Position numbers and translations under genes: made by a program
Shown here: in pieces, positions 39,301-44,198 of the stretch
Position numbering within the stretch: the first letter of the stretch is position 1
Layout of the letters: every line of letters starts with the position of its first letter
Notes under the pieces: model-generated
What the model saw: only the letters and a program-made list of their open reading frames with translations
The model's database searches: none
What the model was told of the DNA's origin: nothing
Assembly (NCBI GenBank): GCA_903856085.1
Contig: CAIOAT010000020.1
Coordinates: forward strand, 1-61,498
Length of the DNA stretch: 61,498 nucleotides
From: Candidatus Omnitrophota bacterium
GTDB taxonomy: Bacteria > Omnitrophota > Omnitrophia > Omnitrophales > Aquincolibacteriaceae
Direction of reading: 5' to 3'

Positions 39301-42300
39301 CCCCGTTGTTTTGCATCCTTCAGCCTGCGCTCAAGCTCTTTTTCTTCCATCCGTACATTGAAACGCGTTTCCGATCGCATAAGCGAATGAAGAAACTGAT
39401 TTTGCCCCAAACGAATGAGAAACAGTGCGCGTTCGAGTGTATTCTGAGCCATCGCCTGGTTTTTGGCCTCTCCGGCGGTGCGTTGCAAAAGAGGATCTAG
39501 TTGGCGCAACTGTTCAGGAGTCAGCACATCCATCTCCCGAAGCTTTGAAAACCAGCCCGGATAATATTGAATGCGCTGGTCCCAATAAGCGGCATACGCG
39601 TTCAGAAAACGCACATGCGCGGGTTTCACTTCCCGAAGATCACCGTGAGAGCGCGTAACAAGGGCCTCGAGCGTCTGTGCCGCAGCAAGAGATGCTTTCC
39701 ATGAATTGACCAAGTCCCCTCTCGGATCATTGAATTGGCTTTTATAAGAAGCGATCCGAATCGCCAATTTTTCAAGATCGCCTTCTGTCATTGTCCAAAT
39801 TTTGTTACGCATGCCTTGCCGGATCGCATCCAAGACCTGCTTCTCCCCACTGTCCGGCTTGTAATTAAGTCCGAGATAGAACATCTGCGACACGTCATCA
39901 TCGACATACAATTTCAACAGGTCCTCGTTGGAGACCAGTCTTGAATCCAGTATTTTTTTGATCACCGCGATCCTGCCCGGATGCTGCGCGGAAGTATCTT
40001 CCATCGTGATGTCGACGCCCAAACCTTTCCAGACCGTCTCAAAGATCGCATGGTCATAGCCACGTTCCATCAACAAAGCCTGCGGCCTGAGCTGCCCGAC
40101 CTTGACGCTCATCAACTTCACCATCGCCTCATCACGTCTGTGCTGAAAATCCCAATGCCTGCGGACTGCCTCGCGATAAGCCCCGTAAAAATCCGGGACT
40201 ATCCTGTCCTGTGTCTTGTCGATATGCACTTCAAGCAATTGTGCCGGATCAAAGGTTGCCTCGACAAAATCGAGCCAAACATCAAACGGAACGATCTCAT
40301 CCAGAACCGTCGCGTTCGGGATCCCAGCGTAAAGGCTGTAACGCTTTTCCGAAATGTCCTGGTCATATCCCATGTCTTTCGTCAGTTTTTGAAGCTGTCC
40401 GTTTGCACGCATCGCCTGCAATTCGGCCATCAGCCCATAATAATAAGGCTCAATTTGTGCGGCGAATTTCCGAAGGTCCCGAGTATCATTCACCGGGATG
40501 CCCTTCCCCCTTGCGAGATCCATAATGGTCCCAGGCGGCAAAACATCTTCATTAAAAATCAAAATTCGAGCATTCGCACCATACTGGGCCTGGATCCGTG
40601 CAGCTTCCGCCTTGAATTTGGACCCCGTCTCGCCTAATCCTCCGAGGTGGGCATGGTCCTTAAAAAGAAGATAGAAATGGGTGGCCGGTGCAGCAGCAAC
40701 AGGAACGGAAGTTTTGCCTTGATGAGATCGGGGGTTAAAAATCAAATGACTCGCGAATGCCATGATACCAAGCAAGGCAACGGTGACGACTATTTTTTTG
40801 AATAACGACGATTCGTTTGATAAATCAAGACGGGAAAGCAGCGCGGAACGCTCGAATGACCCAGAAAGCTGATCGAGATAATCTCCGGGCGGCGCTTTAT
40901 TGACCATTCCAGAAACCAGAAATTCTTTAAGATCCCGGCCGGCAGCATTTCGAAAGACCAGCCGGTGAACCATCGCCGGCTTTTCGGAAACAACGCTTGC
41001 CTCAATGGATGCCACCGCAGCGTACTGGGGATTCGACTTTGCCTTTCGTCCAATGAGTCCGGCGATCTCTTCCCTGACCCGGGCTCCCAAATTCCCGCCT
41101 TGGATGGTCACCCTCACCTCAGAACGTTGTTTGCCTGTCACGGCAGCCTCTTTTTTTCCGGTTCCCTTTTTTACTGAACGATAACCTTCTTCAAACCATT
41201 GAGCAGCTTCAGGACTAAATAGACTCTCCACAGATCTACGAACGTCTCGAAACTCACGCAGGCCCTCGGAACTTCCAGGAATAATCTCTTTCCCTGATTC
41301 AAAATCAATAAAAGAAACATGAAACAGATTGGATTCCAGCGGTTGGGCATAAATATGGTCCAAACGGAGTGTCCATCGAGTATCGTTAGAGTAGGAATGA
41401 GTCAGCTCGCCGTGTCGAACCCCTGCTTTCTTGTGAAGATTTGCGAGAGCGCTTCCGAATGATCGCATGAGACCAGGCCAAAGGTCTTTTTTCTTTCGGA
41501 AATAAGCCAAAGACCGGCCGGCCACTTGCCTCGTCACCAAGATCTTGTCACCATCTTTCCTTGAAATAAACATCACTTCCGGGTAATGATTGACCGCCGC
41601 AGCTTTTTGGGCCAATCGATATTCTTGTTCCATAAGGAACGAGAAAAAACCAAACAGAACAGCAAGTTTTTTTTCTTTTTCGTAGACGCTACGACGAACC
41701 TCTTTGGTAAAGAAAACCAAAGGCTTCTGTCCTTCGAACGTAACATTATGACGAAAAACACGCGTCTCATTCCCTGCTCTGATCACACTCTTTCTTTGGT
41801 AATGGGTGATCGACAATGAACCCGGCTGTTTTCCCGCGAGAAAAGATTTGATTTGCCCTGTCATTTCTGGATCATCCCAGAACCACTCCCGAAAATCCTG
41901 CTCCGCCCTGACGGTTTCCCCGGAACTCTTTTTCTGCCGATCTGCATTTCGAACTTCGGCACGTACGTTTTCGATTTCCGGAGCAACGTGAGCCGGCTCT
42001 GGTAACCCAACGGCTTTGGGAATATTAACTTCGCGAGGAACTTCCTCTCCCCCGGAACGCGTGGAACTGGAAATGCCCAACGTGGTCGCTCCTCGCTCCC
42101 CGTCTAGCGTTTGCTTCAAGGCCGTTGTTTCCCACTGACCAAAACCCCTTACGTCCATCACGGCGCCTGGTCGCAATGAAGCCGCGGCACAGGGTGTTTG
42201 ATTCGCGGGCTGCTGAAAAAGCTTCATCACATTGGCTTCACTGAGCTGATTTTTCCCATTGAGGAAACGCAGTCCTTCGATGAATTTTTCGAGCTTGGCA

Positions 42301-44198
42301 GTCCATTTTTCTTTCAACGCCCGGAATTCCTCAGAATGCCCGGCAAGGGACTGGTCGATGAAACGCGTGTATTTCGAGTGCTCCGCAACACGGCCTTCAG
42401 CAGCAAGAGTGCGAATAATATCGTCGCGCCATTCCTTTAAGGCAGTACGCGACAGATCGTATGTCGCATATCGCGATCCCGTTCCCTGCAACGTAAGCCG
42501 TTCAACGGTTGCGTTGACAAAAGCATCATACAGATTGATCTTCCCGTTCTTCGGTCTGAAATATTTTTGCCACGATACTTTCCCCTGCATCTGGTCGAGG
42601 TAGCGATGGTCGTTTGGAATTTCTCCAATGCGTGGCGAAACTACGACATACGAGACACCTTGTTCCTTGAGCTTGGCCGCAAGACCCTCCGTGTGGAAGC
42701 CCCCGGCCACAAACACAACGGTGTTTGTGTCACGGGAAACGGGAAACGACGGGTGTGAAGCACTAACGCCCAAAAGATCTTTGAGTCGCGAATAAAAAAT
42801 TTTTTCACGCTCCATGGCAATTTCATAAAAACGGAAGAAGTCCGTTACTAGCGCTAAGCGATAGGTGGCAAGAAACTTGCCCCGGAGAGATTGAATGTCT
42901 GGGGTGTCGGGTAATTTTACGTTTGTCGTTCCCCCTTCCCCGTTCCCAGCGCGGAGCGTTTCCCATTCGCTTCGCGACAGTTCGAATTTAATGAGCTTCT
43001 CCATCCGTTGCACCCGCCCATCGAGTTCATCGACAGCTTTCGCTTCCGGAGTGGTGAGAAGTTTTGCCTTGATCGACTCGATGAACCCAGCAAGCTCGGC
43101 TGAAAACGTCTGCCCTTTCATGCTCACGAGGGTTTCATGTCCTGTGACCATCTTCTGAAGATTTTCTGAGAGCGAAGGAACCTGCTTCCCAGCTTTTCTT
43201 AGCAAATTCGAAACCTCGTAGGCAAAAGCTGCGAGAGAGAGGTGACCGGTCCTGTAGTCCTGCACAAACCCGTTTAGCTCTGCACTAGGAACGATTTTGT
43301 GGGCATCTTGGGCAAGCCTCTTCACTTCCGCTTCAATCTTTGAATCTCTGGTTTTTTCTTGCGCCAAGGTCTTGAACAATGCGCTGAGTGCTAAGCGCTT
43401 GATACTTGGCACTTCGTACTTTGCAAGAAACTCCAGGAATGAAATCAACTTTCTAGGATCTGCCTGCCATGCCCGGAACTTCGCATCGAATTCAATCGCT
43501 TCCTTGGAATAGTATTTTGTTTTGAGCTTTTGAAGTTCTTTATTGAACGTTGCGTTTTGCGTATTGAGCTCGCCTTGTTTCTTAAGCCCTCCAAGGAATG
43601 CGGCAACACCTTCTTGATAGAGCTTCCAATCTTCGATCCCGACATAGTCCGCTTTGTGGGATGAAAGCACGCTCGCGGCCACAGCTCCGGAAAGTTCCCC
43701 CGAATCAAGATACTCCGTGAAAACTTTCACGAGTTTTTCCCGGTCATGAAAATTCCTGAAAAGTTGCGGGTCAAGCTTCCCTTCCGCACCTTCAAGCGCC
43801 ACGGTCGTAACGCCGTAGACCTCCTGGAGATATTCGATCAGTTTCTCAAGCGACCGCTGGGCGTCCGGAACACTGTGCGCATCTTCAATGAGCACGACTT
43901 CGCTTGGATTGAACTGTATTGGGGCCGCTCCGCGTGCGATGCGATAAACATCGTTTATCGTCCCAATGTCGGGAGGGATGACGAGCTCCTGCACTTTTCC
44001 GCTTGTCGCGGAGGCCGAGGCAAGAAGGCTGGTGTCAGTCCCTCCCTGAACATTAGATGAAATCGGAGTTTGGCCCAAGGCCTGGGCCGGAAAAGAAAGA
44101 AAGCTAGAACACAGGAAGACGCCCGCTGTGAACAGGCTGATCGCCTTGAGGGAAAAACGTGAAAAAAGATCCTTGTGTAGAGATGTTTTTTGGTTCAT
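24363..44198 (-). CDS. Giant multi-pass membrane mosaic protein (about 6,611 aa)
   Basis: A single open frame of 19.8 kb ends at the TAA at 24363. I prefer the ATG at 44198 (MNQKTSLHK.., GAGG upstream), which is followed by a signal/anchor helix. Domain-like segments are listed separately below. Confidence 0.9.
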   Translation of the reverse strand: MNQKTSLHKDLFSRFSLKAISLFTAGVFLCSSFLSFPAQALGQTPISSNVQGGTDTSLLASASATSGKVQELVIPPDIGTINDVYRIARGAAPIQFNPSEVVLIEDAHSVPDAQRSLEKLIEYLQEVYGVTTVALEGAEGKLDPQLFRNFHDREKLVKVFTEYLDSGELSGAVAASVLSSHKADYVGIEDWKLYQEGVAAFLGGLKKQGELNTQNATFNKELQKLKTKYYSKEAIEFDAKFRAWQADPRKLISFLEFLAKYEVPSIKRLALSALFKTLAQEKTRDSKIEAEVKRLAQDAHKIVPSAELNGFVQDYRTGHLSLAAFAYEVSNLLRKAGKQVPSLSENLQKMVTGHETLVSMKGQTFSAELAGFIESIKAKLLTTPEAKAVDELDGRVQRMEKLIKFELSRSEWETLRAGNGEGGTTNVKLPDTPDIQSLRGKFLATYRLALVTDFFRFYEIAMEREKIFYSRLKDLLGVSASHPSFPVSRDTNTVVFVAGGFHTEGLAAKLKEQGVSYVVVSPRIGEIPNDHRYLDQMQGKVSWQKYFRPKNGKINLYDAFVNATVERLTLQGTGSRYATYDLSRTALKEWRDDIIRTLAAEGRVAEHSKYTRFIDQSLAGHSEEFRALKEKWTAKLEKFIEGLRFLNGKNQLSEANVMKLFQQPANQTPCAAASLRPGAVMDVRGFGQWETTALKQTLDGERGATTLGISSSTRSGGEEVPREVNIPKAVGLPEPAHVAPEIENVRAEVRNADRQKKSSGETVRAEQDFREWFWDDPEMTGQIKSFLAGKQPGSLSITHYQRKSVIRAGNETRVFRHNVTFEGQKPLVFFTKEVRRSVYEKEKKLAVLFGFFSFLMEQEYRLAQKAAAVNHYPEVMFISRKDGDKILVTRQVAGRSLAYFRKKKDLWPGLMRSFGSALANLHKKAGVRHGELTHSYSNDTRWTLRLDHIYAQPLESNLFHVSFIDFESGKEIIPGSSEGLREFRDVRRSVESLFSPEAAQWFEEGYRSVKKGTGKKEAAVTGKQRSEVRVTIQGGNLGARVREEIAGLIGRKAKSNPQYAAVASIEASVVSEKPAMVHRLVFRNAAGRDLKEFLVSGMVNKAPPGDYLDQLSGSFERSALLSRLDLSNESSLFKKIVVTVALLGIMAFASHLIFNPRSHQGKTSVPVAAAPATHFYLLFKDHAHLGGLGETGSKFKAEAARIQAQYGANARILIFNEDVLPPGTIMDLARGKGIPVNDTRDLRKFAAQIEPYYYGLMAELQAMRANGQLQKLTKDMGYDQDISEKRYSLYAGIPNATVLDEIVPFDVWLDFVEATFDPAQLLEVHIDKTQDRIVPDFYGAYREAVRRHWDFQHRRDEAMVKLMSVKVGQLRPQALLMERGYDHAIFETVWKGLGVDITMEDTSAQHPGRIAVIKKILDSRLVSNEDLLKLYVDDDVSQMFYLGLNYKPDSGEKQVLDAIRQGMRNKIWTMTEGDLEKLAIRIASYKSQFNDPRGDLVNSWKASLAAAQTLEALVTRSHGDLREVKPAHVRFLNAYAAYWDQRIQYYPGWFSKLREMDVLTPEQLRQLDPLLQRTAGEAKNQAMAQNTLERALFLIRLGQNQFLHSLMRSETRFNVRMEEKELERRLKDAKQRGIVDLDAEIADLQRANDELRNAASKGKTMGEKSQRVSKPAAVLSSPKMVSKVLEGKETFDEELTRLRKENTALRSKPSIRSQKSGGPRSESRAAENKIIFNGQSDPGVFQSHGFDAVEKVLLNETISGRKFEEYWAGREKNFIALMDDEGSANLLGVLVGEVVRNASERQPGGSDAKVEARVMQIPEGPTLLRVVVRQGRVTEEQWTRLARNSELSLLLLQDFYWRSALHLKENYGKGLESFSKLALMNVPVRLEFERREQGMVATLFAEVDRMPGETAEQGMSPRRVFGDRFMARLKTRLATGVWKEGWDILERNKKDWGSFYTAYNLEKCIDFLADAVEQFNTVALRAAYERMAVEGYAVPRCVADIRAWVAGFEQLSSLLLKVLKSDGNRSGQGLSPESNDLKILGRWLPSMIPSMRANTGMIRRLEALVERTKASHQLVLSALDDLPKTPSFDDEESTPLLEEREEVAGQLQRSELRFEMQDAELHRARTDLVRILAAPFSQLTNLLAEGKIKTQLRHVLTIKRKTLADWLKLIDLSRAFLGSGPNALLTVRQVIGVVRLVDPGFGEEALPVALRHFKMPLKRAGLLPGAGAQRRENNFEIVSGAAEILKEAGEEINIKSLAELTGMGQSSIKKLGRKVLEGLGTVFYDLQTLSEKLREQRTDLLRDALQKNPGATAAQLSGVLGLTIAQVGRVGGEQLAELGATVMTGFGDRRRQDLQKAVYWLIRNRPLERPSYEALPSAFEQLGLKRVAWTALAQWVKNNREPVLFDHTVEMMERFEYFKKLGVLDSASLDHFLDDGTEEEPKEIEETRKPTLFFEEWKLLHDTVRRMVDRTGMPGEWAGELIMHQLGEGEHRKISLYPAEAVFTDLRDIGIEAVVLSPELKESIHQLLRTGRAFNLGGFLNAVEDSLARMASENVPPGFEKQVVIKAFEIFSEFWMERHHAEEFVGAFRHYFREARPSRPWSEALSQSGSADAMPDSLRPELLAGEVEPGIRSEVRLKQQKTEREHAKNVVQTAAKNIALFRNHLQVLRGESQASSPYSGGLYAPAIVLDGMWNGKHRVAISGPHWSLKNIEAIDRYAEAILNQSEKWLIFVEPLHSDGTPSYPETDAALKLAELGDIPFMDPVPSQFDPAVSKEMANQYGISLSEINRAYIYRNIFDQIRLNPYMTEDELYRLVTIAIDLQAEESKSDRKQMIRDVTSNARTVYQGGESARDWTRKAYDIQLKMNKVINDIGRLRLNRQLKNYPERTNILFLSGRFHGAIVGNEAAEEYTLKNGLQFRESQAEAYQNVAGLVLAWAKAQPRRSEVRDLKGLIKKTAEFGFKAAKIMGWGVLGIDVILLAMNPLLVGSVIGQYLLIGVEGTLITMLLYQLRNVKAPWKAVGVAAVGIAALALFFHVFLPHFVTILAFSSLGNLGDVVLKIGMRAAGIFSGIFFYVLIEGKVLKHTEAAKKTPLSTGLRWAMGDGLVLGFFFYAIFYPFLGATIPVALHFPFLLHFFSPSLAASFSTAILKLAFDLTIVTALVHGPMQVVTKVVLGEMEKDALTRPYRHSKAVKSYLDMYPIIALVMTVIMGLAWMKDPAGGMAVSGTHALFAMLNAMLSRWIVTKDISGVENGKRGADASVKNDWVEGERLVTQFVTLFHESGIQPVLNDLKNTPILADPGARLYAAFVVARDTFDREGVVKREYLDQIARDLSMIHWTVERFAEPDKTFKSGITLRGLSEAVIKNPEKFKDFPDRITMARNVMEKFLGESVDPSVKAAIQKKFSDFREPFIKIESGLLPILQRLNVRSEARGWKPVWWEDFLKDAETVFEFQNQAGYYEDNMWHPLSPDDLLELTSHGRVLLVVPSSKFDESSLEAVRIANMIRKRNPDLQILVAGKYGELPSQHRVGWFWDEFGKRMTEAKYHALHMSMRGVEPDYVVEKYTHTGEIAQGTRSLMDEKKIRPENLLIVDVDPLRVTAVFRKQLLTPEEFAQGKSLKDLGIRRIIQWPAKGKPIRELATEEAVRVAAYLVTELIKLWDYVPPRGDFITPVPVNQDVVEAAARLNARLREVPELVTVVPSKDEIAGREGRFKDWLTELTASFSRHEVIIVPDQGGKKTGEPRSEARLAVGPAGKIHEREFVFTRESASDFHASSAEQGKFLQKVSNDLLNDGKGQRLSLNWTHEFPQGIPESLVRLRENVVRQWGRVDGRFEPPVVDEQKQYMRKEVETRDFQFVLTELVKNAAKSLKGPNKYGKIQLKISKREGSLWIELSDEGVGIKTVEDRGTWISVVSDKNVQSGYGIALPWIKLLLEARGGRLEILSPSPYSGYSTTMRLVIPENEIQIKSAADVRAEMRQQAVSNAVTSFKTNYQGKLATITEYPDPQGLSRILKGLEVRDGKYQGRVLDPGFYIMVHPISANERIIQEAKKEFSDFLTGLRGIFGKDGGKVGFWIPEDSAYHLALHVFQNSNEFSDEKVSPLDSDQRSKVRGIVREEAQREAAPFKVLQAGYGITADGGFVTFLWDESGRLSNFQKNVSEKTVVALGQRVTGWEKRGHVTVGRIMSLPYSDDPAVRAEQKKKVFEYIRQKADDFSGKWEANLTDPSKQVPYSIPSVTVLQENQWCTLRGSEQTTIPVFQKRNEGERIRVAISKGRRIVLPESFGFKEGDDLILLGAMYREPVEIIIARSADFMNVFLPNLRNVVPDPETRAAYKRLYGAQSMTAKVEMRKSGAQDQLTLRLDADFLKMMDEPRELILKKAKNFSSQIRSEFRSNSQPSESETQMDQIRALAKDLDAGDRILAPRVKDSLFSEMLQQQWTPGEFQTYIDQKNADFIEYLRQGLETFGMHEISPEILSTLRPFYLRAYLVLKQNWLSGREPSRQTILTAYSRLRKHGWNDQQIYEFLEKELLDKQSNITAFNSADRLRTADVIAGALEKYFKTQGIEGPPRSEVRSAMSFGSRSMPVPAGITSGYLLTVPDEFAFNAFVERLSPDVTIQIDTPMARLLQVGNDFVLTFEANVNNDVRTVIWNLGSATASEAVKEHLESFGFQKARQSDFFEITSLASVIVREGQATITFPPSLAVSASHRVKNQDLGSKAFLETNTPGFRSDLRLEKLKKIPLSRERKLEIVISVAMVLMNVSILFLMGRLFLGLNGKLTDVPIMNNIPLAVFVGLPALFLGVMSISSILLQQIHGKRIYTVHVVSRPEKKVPTTAENSENFRSELRGEKHAKIPLGRERKLGIAMRASMTLMSASTLLLTGRLVLESNGKLSDIPVVRDIPLAVFVCLPALFFGVGFVTLIQRITGRRNGAILSKPLVLRVDQMSSKVFMDRRKEPRTEEPWWRVVGRVLHLWKPLALKSAADLQAFRLKPEVDLPVWQSQLAGFKKEFRTDYDQIMALNEKIPLLTGNSILKREFRIEEWIKNSFQNSEAAWGELRKIVRRAVRDVELQGHSIDAKHLPFIRESLAQGIYTHSGLREASKLFYPFVYVHYLATWNHALNEYEASVLEHNAPAQFPSGRAEVRDGLKPAPDLPSSLIEDFSKKAQNVRDVRVAVTLLDELSGLLQGQSPSQLEALKMGIRTETFQSLLTSLRSLFDLSEAEIQKLRLTEPEFLFKYKLFQNLLGGRTPVLASDVKETLALFTPKSDTIYPDVAQALQEALALGKFYLVTGDRSTTLFEKFLLPTGFVFRDASQHIRPQTEAAKNIVSLSNTGINSFVYDPQEDIFKRNQLIAGIKPGDLQILRQVLKSTAERQGLRSIFSEGLGYHHEVDSYPGLVEIRPVSEENDDVSIAFYVPGLLTQESRRTFQSDRLNVKFLKQIAQDINKQIRGRLSDPNIQAEVGGKTAVNITTTNKGRALAEIQTRFLKPNEYFVFLGDQIDDIGNDGPAMNVAEIGVQVGPKKDLRFHPKGLVIFSDVPAEAGGAAKYIRITNRILRLAGILSESQTVQLKEEGRATPRSELRAKEQEPVRKEVTLQPESPQIVFENIRITASTPKKISEKTPGPSVTGARILEMQVMLDAVPRHVHLISGQGDQFAAFVEQERKKDPLAVKAEPMALGQIFSGESAISIVTVREGDQIVIGGYFEKNRNRVIEIKKIDKSSAVVTAISPSTPKLSFQERLREDYSFLRDQGYLSFVLQSSEVLIDSQKDLIRQVVDTNPKSISEAAREKGTSGAKAAWFRFRRALHKMEQYYEIYRAQPLGPEHPVLYLRLNAAAMRVMTRLQIETIGELLAISPRKLQAAGEATSTILQHINERLARNGLPSLSDKERQLTDNDRIELLELDERVRNVLIQHEITTIGQLRQLSEVELESIRNIGSEGRANIIQRLAAYGFKHSFGPSSETPEAVSDLRTEKIVLTTVPARHGDQDGIETLLSARRYPEIVERLIHLQERGDEELLLTALDVLILASADPSRVPCCVNHSVLNTIIEACRRQPFLEAPVVQRVAFYLVREGTGDMVKSVIAELVQKMIGIDMIATDRRTPSFMAQLSKLVPQPDLILGLTDFFVIFKELRGHDHFWHESLDGRDKVLSEEKHLSLKAYSSNWYFLFEKERPVGVVYAAASRTDRKAYISIHIFDKSDTHKGFSSAVMHWISGEISSERSGGEEGFVTVFYPAKSEDVSFMLQCAQKGIFDRVEGAHTPASDAAAIFEHSTQWATIRSSDPLALSSDTSHALFVRGVVSAPKTPITIRSESRVVEAKTDLYAGIARAVVEGKPIGQNELTNLIAAVRVNIEDVIRDLRASLAEQILPQAMAEMITGETGQAVAFQELERVLREKNLSREKMERLAEKLFQTDLNSLAESIRTREVGGMAPVIFYSPEMKDRLTKFILTVQQGFEAVGDATGKQYRITLVSENKAELLKFETELSKSGTGMLRGVHFIGGKDPEDIAAELSRSVFENEQFRGKFGIFFPEEAMAQKISEWQRVVRSEIPKEYGILLLPALSRYFAKTATSDINATTLRHALPDLFASAAFRIGQGIAIVAAFLQHIAAAEREISASA
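26356..26735 (-). other. Giant protein: two RpoA alpha-CTD-like helix-hairpin-helix domains
   Basis: LELDERVRNVLIQHEITTIGQLRQLSEVELESIRNIGSEGRANIIQRLAAYG closely follows the alpha-CTD pattern LELSVRS.N.L...gI.tigdL......eL..i.N.G.KS..EI...L...G. A weaker copy is LNAAAMRVMTRLQIETIGELLAISPRKL. Confidence 0.55.
27680..28365 (-). other. Giant protein: HAD (Cof/IIB)-like segment, possibly degenerate
   Basis: Motifs present are FYLVTGDRS (TGR-type motif II), NKGRAL and FLGDQIDDIGNDGPAM (motif IV-like). I found no clean DxD motif I. Confidence 0.3.
29415..30029 (-). repeat. Giant protein: in-frame tandem duplication (2 x about 113 aa); each copy is RS[DE]LR + KIPL-RERKL + a two-helix TM hairpin
   Basis: Copy 1 is FRSDLRLEKLKKIPLSRERKLEIVISVAMVLMNVSILFLMGRLFLGLNGKLTDVPIMNNIPLAVFVGLPALFLGV. 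Copy 2 is FRSELRGEKHAKIPLGRERKLGIAMRASMTLMSASTLLLTGRLVLESNGKLSDIPVVRDIPLAVFVCLPALFFGV. The period is 339 nt. Confidence 0.85.
31285..31415 (-). other. Giant protein: SpoVT/AbrB-like segment
   Basis: RIRVAISKGRRIVLPESFGFKEGDDLILLG resembles the AbrB-type pattern 'kGqitIPkeiR..lglkeGD.l'. Confidence 0.4.
32320..32650 (-). other. Giant protein: GHKL (HATPase_c-like) ATP-binding domain
   Basis: FVLTELVKNAAKS is the N-box, ELSDEGVGI is the G1/DxGxG motif and SGYGIALPWIKLLLEARGG is G2. Confidence 0.6.
34470..35330 (-). other. Giant protein: polytopic transmembrane block (about 290 aa, roughly 8-10 helices)
   Basis: Hydrophobic helices run continuously from FGFKAAKIMGWGVLGIDVILLAM to ALFAMLNAMLSRWIV. 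Confidence 0.7.
35480..36030 (-). other. Giant protein: ChaN/Tiki-like module 3
   Basis: The module runs from KWLIFVEPLHSDG to NILFLSGRFHGAIVG. Confidence 0.3.
37190..37450 (-). other. Giant protein: two HTH-like segments
   Basis: The segments are NIKSLAELTGMGQSSIKKLGRKVL and GATAAQLSGVLGLTIAQVGRVGGEQL. Confidence 0.3.
40020..40580 (-). other. Giant protein: ChaN/Tiki-like module 2
   Basis: The module runs from ARILIFNEDVL to LLMERGYDHAIF and lies directly after the TM helix at 40741-40800. Confidence 0.3.
41270..41800 (-). other. Giant protein: protein-kinase-like (Kdo/RIO-type) fold segment
   Basis: LVFFTKEV is VAIK-like, VRHGELTHS resembles a catalytic loop with D->E, and VSFIDFESG is DFG/IDF-like. 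Confidence 0.35.
42640..43910 (-). other. Giant protein: ChaN/Tiki/TraB-superfamily-like module 1
   Basis: VVLIEDAHSVPDAQ resembles ChaN 'vvllGExHdnp', and VVFVAGGFHTEGL resembles the C-terminal GxxH motif. Confidence 0.35.

Noticed and set aside
39981-40637. A 218-aa plus-strand ORF, plus dozens of 60-140-aa plus-strand ORFs between 24.4 and 44.1 kb.
   Set aside because: All are antisense shadows inside the single uninterrupted 19.8-kb minus-strand frame. None has a start context or a motif.
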